From Camelus ferus (lineage: Eukaryota): a stretch of DNA of 64,000 bases. Location of the stretch: NCBI RefSeq assembly GCF_009834535.1, contig NC_045696.1, positions 63,862,001 through 63,926,000 on the forward strand, written 5' to 3'. The notes under the pieces are model-generated. The model saw only the letters and a list, made by a program, of their open reading frames with translations, was not told the DNA's origin and searched no databases. Positions 58,118 to 64,000 of the stretch are shown in pieces (position 1 is the first letter of the stretch; each line of letters opens with the position of its first letter). Both the position numbers and the translations under genes were made by a program.

Positions 58118-61100
58118 CTAAATATTTAAAATAAATTATTTCATTCAGTAGAATAAGGTTTATATAGAATATACAGTAAGTTTAATTTTTTTAAAAAGCA
58201 TTTTTAAGAGTGAAAACTACTGGCTTTACATGGACATTTAATCAAAGTGAATTTTAAATCAAATGCTTATTTAAGAAAGTAAAAAAAAATCTTATTCATC
58301 AATAAAAATAGCTCATCAAAATTTTATATTAAGTGAAAAACTAAAAAAGCAATCATCCTCTTGTCACTCTAGTCAGTTCTTATGACTGGCTTGCTAGAAA
58401 AATAAGAGATCAACACATATGGTTACTATATTCTTGACAGATAATTCTATACTCAAGCACAGGGACTTGGATCCTTGCAGAAATAAGGTACTGATACCCT
58501 TACAGAAATGTTTTGGGAAATCAGACACATTACCATTTACAACTATTGAAAAAGTTCATTCGTCACAGTGTATCTTTTAAGCAAATACTATCCATTCCTA
58601 TTCTGTACATAGGGAAGTATTTAATAAGTGCAAAGAACAACTTGCATATTCAGAGCTTTAAGTGGAGCCAGATTCTTGTTTTTAAATTCAGTTCCAGTGC
58701 AAGATCTGCTAGCCATAATAAAGCAAATGCATCCAGTAGCAATGAAGTTGAGTAAAGCAACTAAAACTGACTTGAACATAAAACAAAAGTAGGATAAAAT
58801 CCACAGGTATTGTGTAAACTATTTCCAATTGTTATTAATGCTAATAGTTCTAAGATAAAATATTCAAAATAAAGAACTTTATTGTCTAGCAGGCTTTACA
58901 GTAGTCACAATTCTAAATATGACACAATAATCAATTATAATTAAAATGATGTCATTTATATAAAATCCATGTAACTGTGCTTTGACTCCTTAGTGAGATG
59001 CTGAAGTTGTCATACTCAGTCTTTCAAAATGATTATCTAACTTCTAATGCTCAAAACTTTTAAATGTGACTTTATTCCATAGGAGACAAAAATTAACTTA
59101 AAATTCATAAAATCTTTATTCATCTTCATTCATTGGCTATTTAAGCAATCAAAACATCATGGTAGCAAATATATATGAAAAAAATTTAAATGATTTGCTT
59201 ATTGAGGTAGGCATTAATAATTCTTATCCATGCATAAAGTTAGAGATTTTAAGTCCTATTTCCAAACACTTTCTCAAAATTTCCTCCAAACTTCTTTCAA
59301 ATAAAAATGACAATGCTTGCTAGAAATGACAGGTACATATCATTTTTCCTTAAAAGCCTATGCCTAAAAATTCCAAATTTGGTTTGGTAATTATAGAAAA
59401 GATAATACAAAACAAACTTTGTATTATTGTTTTCTCATTCCTGTATCAAGTAGAGACTTGTGGATAGTAGCTTTTTTCCGACTATGGGTTTGAGTAAAAT
59501 GGACAAGAATTATTAAGTCTCCTAAAATGTAAGGAAACAAGCAAGTTGGGGAGGAGCCCACAATCCAAAGAACAAAATCTTGAAGCCCAATGAAGAAATA
59601 AATAATTCCATATTTTGATCATATGGCATGCCATCATACTGTAATGATGTGGTTATAAAACTTTCGTTAAGCAGATTATATTCCCGATTCAATTTAAAAG
59701 GCACCCTGATTTACTCTGTTCCATTAAATATTCATCCAACTGCAGCTAAATTAGTATGAACTGTATAAACAACATTAGTATAAACTGTTTTAGTTTTGGA
59801 TATGAATATTTAAAGATTTCATGCAATATACTCTAAATTACAGGAGAAAACCCAACATTACTCTACATCTGGGGCAATAATTAAGAAACTAATACAATTA
59901 CAAAAAAAAGTTACAATGTTTACTATAAGCCAAGGACTATAAAAGGTTAACTTGGTAATGTAGTAAAATTAAAACTATAAATAAAAAGTTAAAATGATAT
60001 AAAGTTACTAGAACATTACAAATACAATCTTTATGCGGATATTAGTATTTAGTAATCATGTTTGTTAAGATTTTTATAAATTCAGATTTTTAGGAGTATT
60101 TGAATTTATCATGTGCCTGTCCGGCACAATTGTTAGGAATAACTCATGCATAGTTTTACCAATACACTTCCTATCTGCTTAGTTTAACGTTAAATTAAAA
60201 GATTAATGTTAAATTAGAAGATTATTATATTAAAAGACAGGTGGGGGTTGAGTCAAGAATTAGACCTAATATTTTCTAGGATAAAAGACTTAAACTTCTA
60301 AGTTTATAAGATAAATATTAAAGATTAATCAGATGATACTTTTACATGTTTTCTTAAGAGACTAGTACATGCTATTGTCACTTAAGGTCTTCACCAGCAA
60401 TCTGGGTATATTTTATGTTGATGCATTTTACTGGTAAAATTCAGCTACTTACAGTAACTTCTTGTCCTGCTGTTTAATATATTTAGTTTTCATTATGAAA
60501 TTAATTTAAAACTCACCCTGACAAAAAGGGATATCAACAATCTTGAAACCAGAGCTTTTCTACAATTCCAGGGCTGTAAAATTGATGGGGAAAGAGCAGA
60601 ACCCTCCACAGAAACAAGCTAAAGCTGAAAGAGAAAAACCTTTACTAGCTCCTCACGAAACCAAGCCTAGTTTTAAAAATTTAAGTATTTCTTCCTACCA
60701 AGCCATTGTGGCCATTCTGAAATGCATAAGACTCGTAAAAATTTCTATGTATGTGCACATACTCATAGGAGGCAACCCACCAATGGCAGTTTTAATCTAC
60801 TGTCTCTGCATGAGCTCCTCTGTTCAGATAATACAGAGAAAATCTATTAGCTGCTACTAAGAAGATATAAAAAAATGAAGGCCTGTTTGTATTTTCAAGT
60901 AATGGGAAAAAAATGATTAAAAAGCAGCAAAAAGTAGCTGTGGTTCTGGACCTCAAGTAAACTGCAAATCCTTGGAATGAAAAAAATCTCATCAAATTAA
61001 GATTTTGATCATTCTGACAATGAAGGGCTGACAAGTCATCCGAGTACTAACCATAGGAGGAACCGAGGGGAAGACAGTAAGGAAACTACTTTAAGGACAG

Positions 61101-62857
61101 TACACGGAATGATGTCATGACAGAGCAGCATAAATTGTTTCTAAAGTACCACTGACTTCCACATAAGATAACTCCTAAGTGAGCAGGAACAAGCCCTGTT
61201 TGGTGCTCTACTAAGTATACTTTGATAAAGAAAACAAGTGGAGGTACAGTCCTGTCAGTAAAAAGGGTTACATGGATAATTTGATAAATATTATAAATAG
61301 GAAGGATATCTCTAAGCCTGAAAAAAGGCTAGTAAAGTAGGCCCCAAATGAACACTATGCAGTGGCACTGTCAAAAATAAATAGTATTCACTACTGATAC
61401 CACTTAAATCATCAGATTCAATAGTTTATCGATAATCTAAAACCGTATCTTAGAACTTACAACAGCAAATCTATGGGGCTCATTTTTCATATTTCACCAT
61501 TATGAAAAGACGAGAACTACTTGTAACTAGGACTATAACAGACCAAAACACAGTAGTTCCTTCCCCTGCTTCCTGTAACAAAGCTAAGGAGTGGATGGCT
61601 CCGCCTAAGCATCCAATTTGTTAGAGTATTTAGGTGGTGCTCTCAACAGCACACAGAACAGAGAATGCTAAAGCACCACTTAAAAAAAGGACTTCCTTGG
61701 TTTAACACAAGTAGAAAAACAACTTGCTTTCTATTTATACCTATGTTATTCATTCACTGAAAGCTAAACAATACACAGGAGTTGATTCCACAGCCATGGA
61801 ATTGAGAAAAGTCAGGAAGCGACACTGAACAATAAATCAAACTATGATGAGTACTCTCAAGTGTTAACTACCACCAAACGTAATGGGGTTAGCCAGCAGA
61901 ATTACTGCGCTGATTATCTACCATACTGATTGATTTCAATATCAGAACCTACAGGAAGCTAATTATATGACCAATCTTCTTTCCTGAGTAAGATTTGTAC
62001 CTAACTCTGAAACTTTTCTGATCTAATATATGTAATACACCTAGCCTAGTTCAAGATCTTAGAGTATAATTTTAAAATCATTACATACGTTTCATTTGAC
62101 TCTAGTCACTTTAGAATATTAATCTTGGGATCTATGCTACAGGATCGACTAACAGCGAAAAGCATATATTTAAGGACTTCTTAATTACATCTATAGCCAA
62201 ATATTTGTATAGAGTTATGCTGACTTTTATTAAAACCTGTTCTTTAAGTGACCAGAATTATATAAAATTTCCAATGTTCAATCTTTCAATGGTCCAATGC
62301 AAACATTTATTGGTTGCCTACTCTATTAATAAATGTGGAAAATCTTTATGCCACAAGTTTAAAGTATCTAGGAATAACTTTGTTCAAAAGTTAAGTTAAT
62401 TTCTGTAAGAAATAAGAATGTTCTCTGTTGATTCATTTCAGCTAAAACAAATACATTTCATTCTTTAAACAATTTAACATGGTCACTGACAGTAATCTGT
62501 TTCATTTTAGAAATGAAAACTTGGAGAACAAATAAACAGGCAAGTTGGCTACAAACTTAGGGTGACTTAATAACGGGACCAAATAAACCACAATTTATAA
62601 TTCTTTTCTAAGTACAAATCCACTATTCCTCACAGATAATCTAATTTTCAGAAAATAAATTCCTGTGTTTGGTATTTTGGGTTTGTTTACCTATTCTAGG
62701 AAAGTTGCATATCTGTATTATGTATCTTTCATATTTTCACTTTGTCAAAGATTATTTCTCATATTTGGAGTCCATGAATGGATTAAGGCGACATGATCTT
62801 GGTAGAAATGGCTGATTAGTGAGAACACATCAGTAGCCCCCTTAAACCATCCATCAC

Positions 62858-62968
62858 CTTGCGCTTCGGTTGGGCATAGCTCGTGCTATATTGGCCAGCG
62901 GCTCTGCGCGCTTCCTCTTCATGCTCTTGAATTTGCTGTTGTAATAGAATGAGCTCACCAAGCAGACC
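62858..62968 (-). CDS. OPA1: OPA1 alternative exon 5b (111 nt)
   Basis: Encodes GLLGELILLQQQIQEHEEEARRAAGQYSTSYAQPKRK; cag acceptor, gtgatg donor; frame-preserving. Confidence 0.95.
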
Positions 62969-64000
62969 CTGCCATGAGTTTATAATGAGGAGAAGAGGAA
63001 AATTGGGGAGGAGAACAATGTTAAACCAAAGGGCACAAGAAAGGTACAGATGTAAGTTAGGAAGGAATGGACAGCTTATAACAAAAATGGAAACTCAGTT
63101 ATATACCTTTAGAGCCACTATATAACTGGGCTCTGTACCACATTTCCATTTTTCCCTCAGTAAAATTATGTCTCAAAATATAAAACAGAATAGTTTAAAA
63201 AGTAAAAAGGAAAATGCAGTGTCTGTTTGCTAAATAAAATGAGCCAGATATATAATATCAAAATACAGTAAAACCCAGACTAACTGGAATGCTCAAGGAA
63301 GGCGGCACTATAGTTCACTAAATTTCCTAGGAACACGAAAATCAAGAAAACAAAAATTTCAACCCTTATTTTTGAATTGCCAACATGAACTAGTGTATAC
63401 TCCTGACGACACATATGGGGAAAAACCAAAACTGATTTTTTGAACAGTGTTGATCTTACAGGCCCAAATCTTTTAGTTCTCAACCATAAGTTTCATAAGA
63501 CTAAACGGAGAACACATAATAGCTTATTTACTTATTACATTATTTATTCTTAATTATATTTTCCTTGACATTTAATGTCTTCAATTAATTAAAGATTACA
63601 GCCCCTCAAAACTAAGTTTTTGAGCATCAAGTTAATCAAGGTTTTACATTAATTCATATATTTTACATGCTATGCACACTATCTTATTTGACTAAACTTT
63701 AAGGGATTTTTTTGGCAATTTAAAAAATGTTTGGGATACTCTTTTAACTTTATACATCATCAAATAAGTGATTTCAATGAATTTTCATTTTGTGAGCTGT
63801 TTTGACATTAAATAAAAATAGCCTATGAGACTATAACCAATGAGATATCAATAACTAAAGCATAGGTACTATAAAAGAACATAATTAAGATATGGAGATA
63901 ATACAAGTTACTATGAAAATAAAAATGAAACAAAATCCAGTTTGGACCTATGCACAAAATAATCACCATTTCTATGTTTAAAATGAATTCCATTTAATAA

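Noticed and set aside
60543..61034. ORFs in the intron downstream of exon 5b, and a possible OPA1 antisense RNA counterpart
   Set aside because: No coding signature; an antisense lncRNA cannot be supported from sequence alone

Overview
This is AT-rich mammalian genomic DNA containing most of OPA1 (mitochondrial dynamin-like inner-membrane fusion GTPase) on the minus strand. It runs from alternative exon 5b (62858-62968) through coding exons 6-28 (stop TAA at 5598-5600) to a non-coding terminal exon starting at 3443 with a ~3.3 kb 3'UTR. Exon numbering follows human isoform 1 from memory; exons 1-5 lie beyond the right edge. All exons have GT/AG boundaries, and exons 6-28 sum to 2259 nt (752 codons plus stop), an intact frame. 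Introns hold ordinary mammalian repeats: L1 3' ends, MIR, L2, hAT-Charlie MERs, a MER68-like LTR and an ERV LTR with its polypurine tract. The young L1 tails and the lack of recognisable Alu, Bov-tA, PRE1 or Can-SINE suggest a cetartiodactyl, probably a camelid (inference). Most listed ORFs are chance ORFs or exon-plus-intron read-throughs. I found no evidence of a novel biological system; the findings are locus-level observations on splicing, polyadenylation, insertions and non-B DNA. Repeat boundaries and family names are approximate and assigned by eye.
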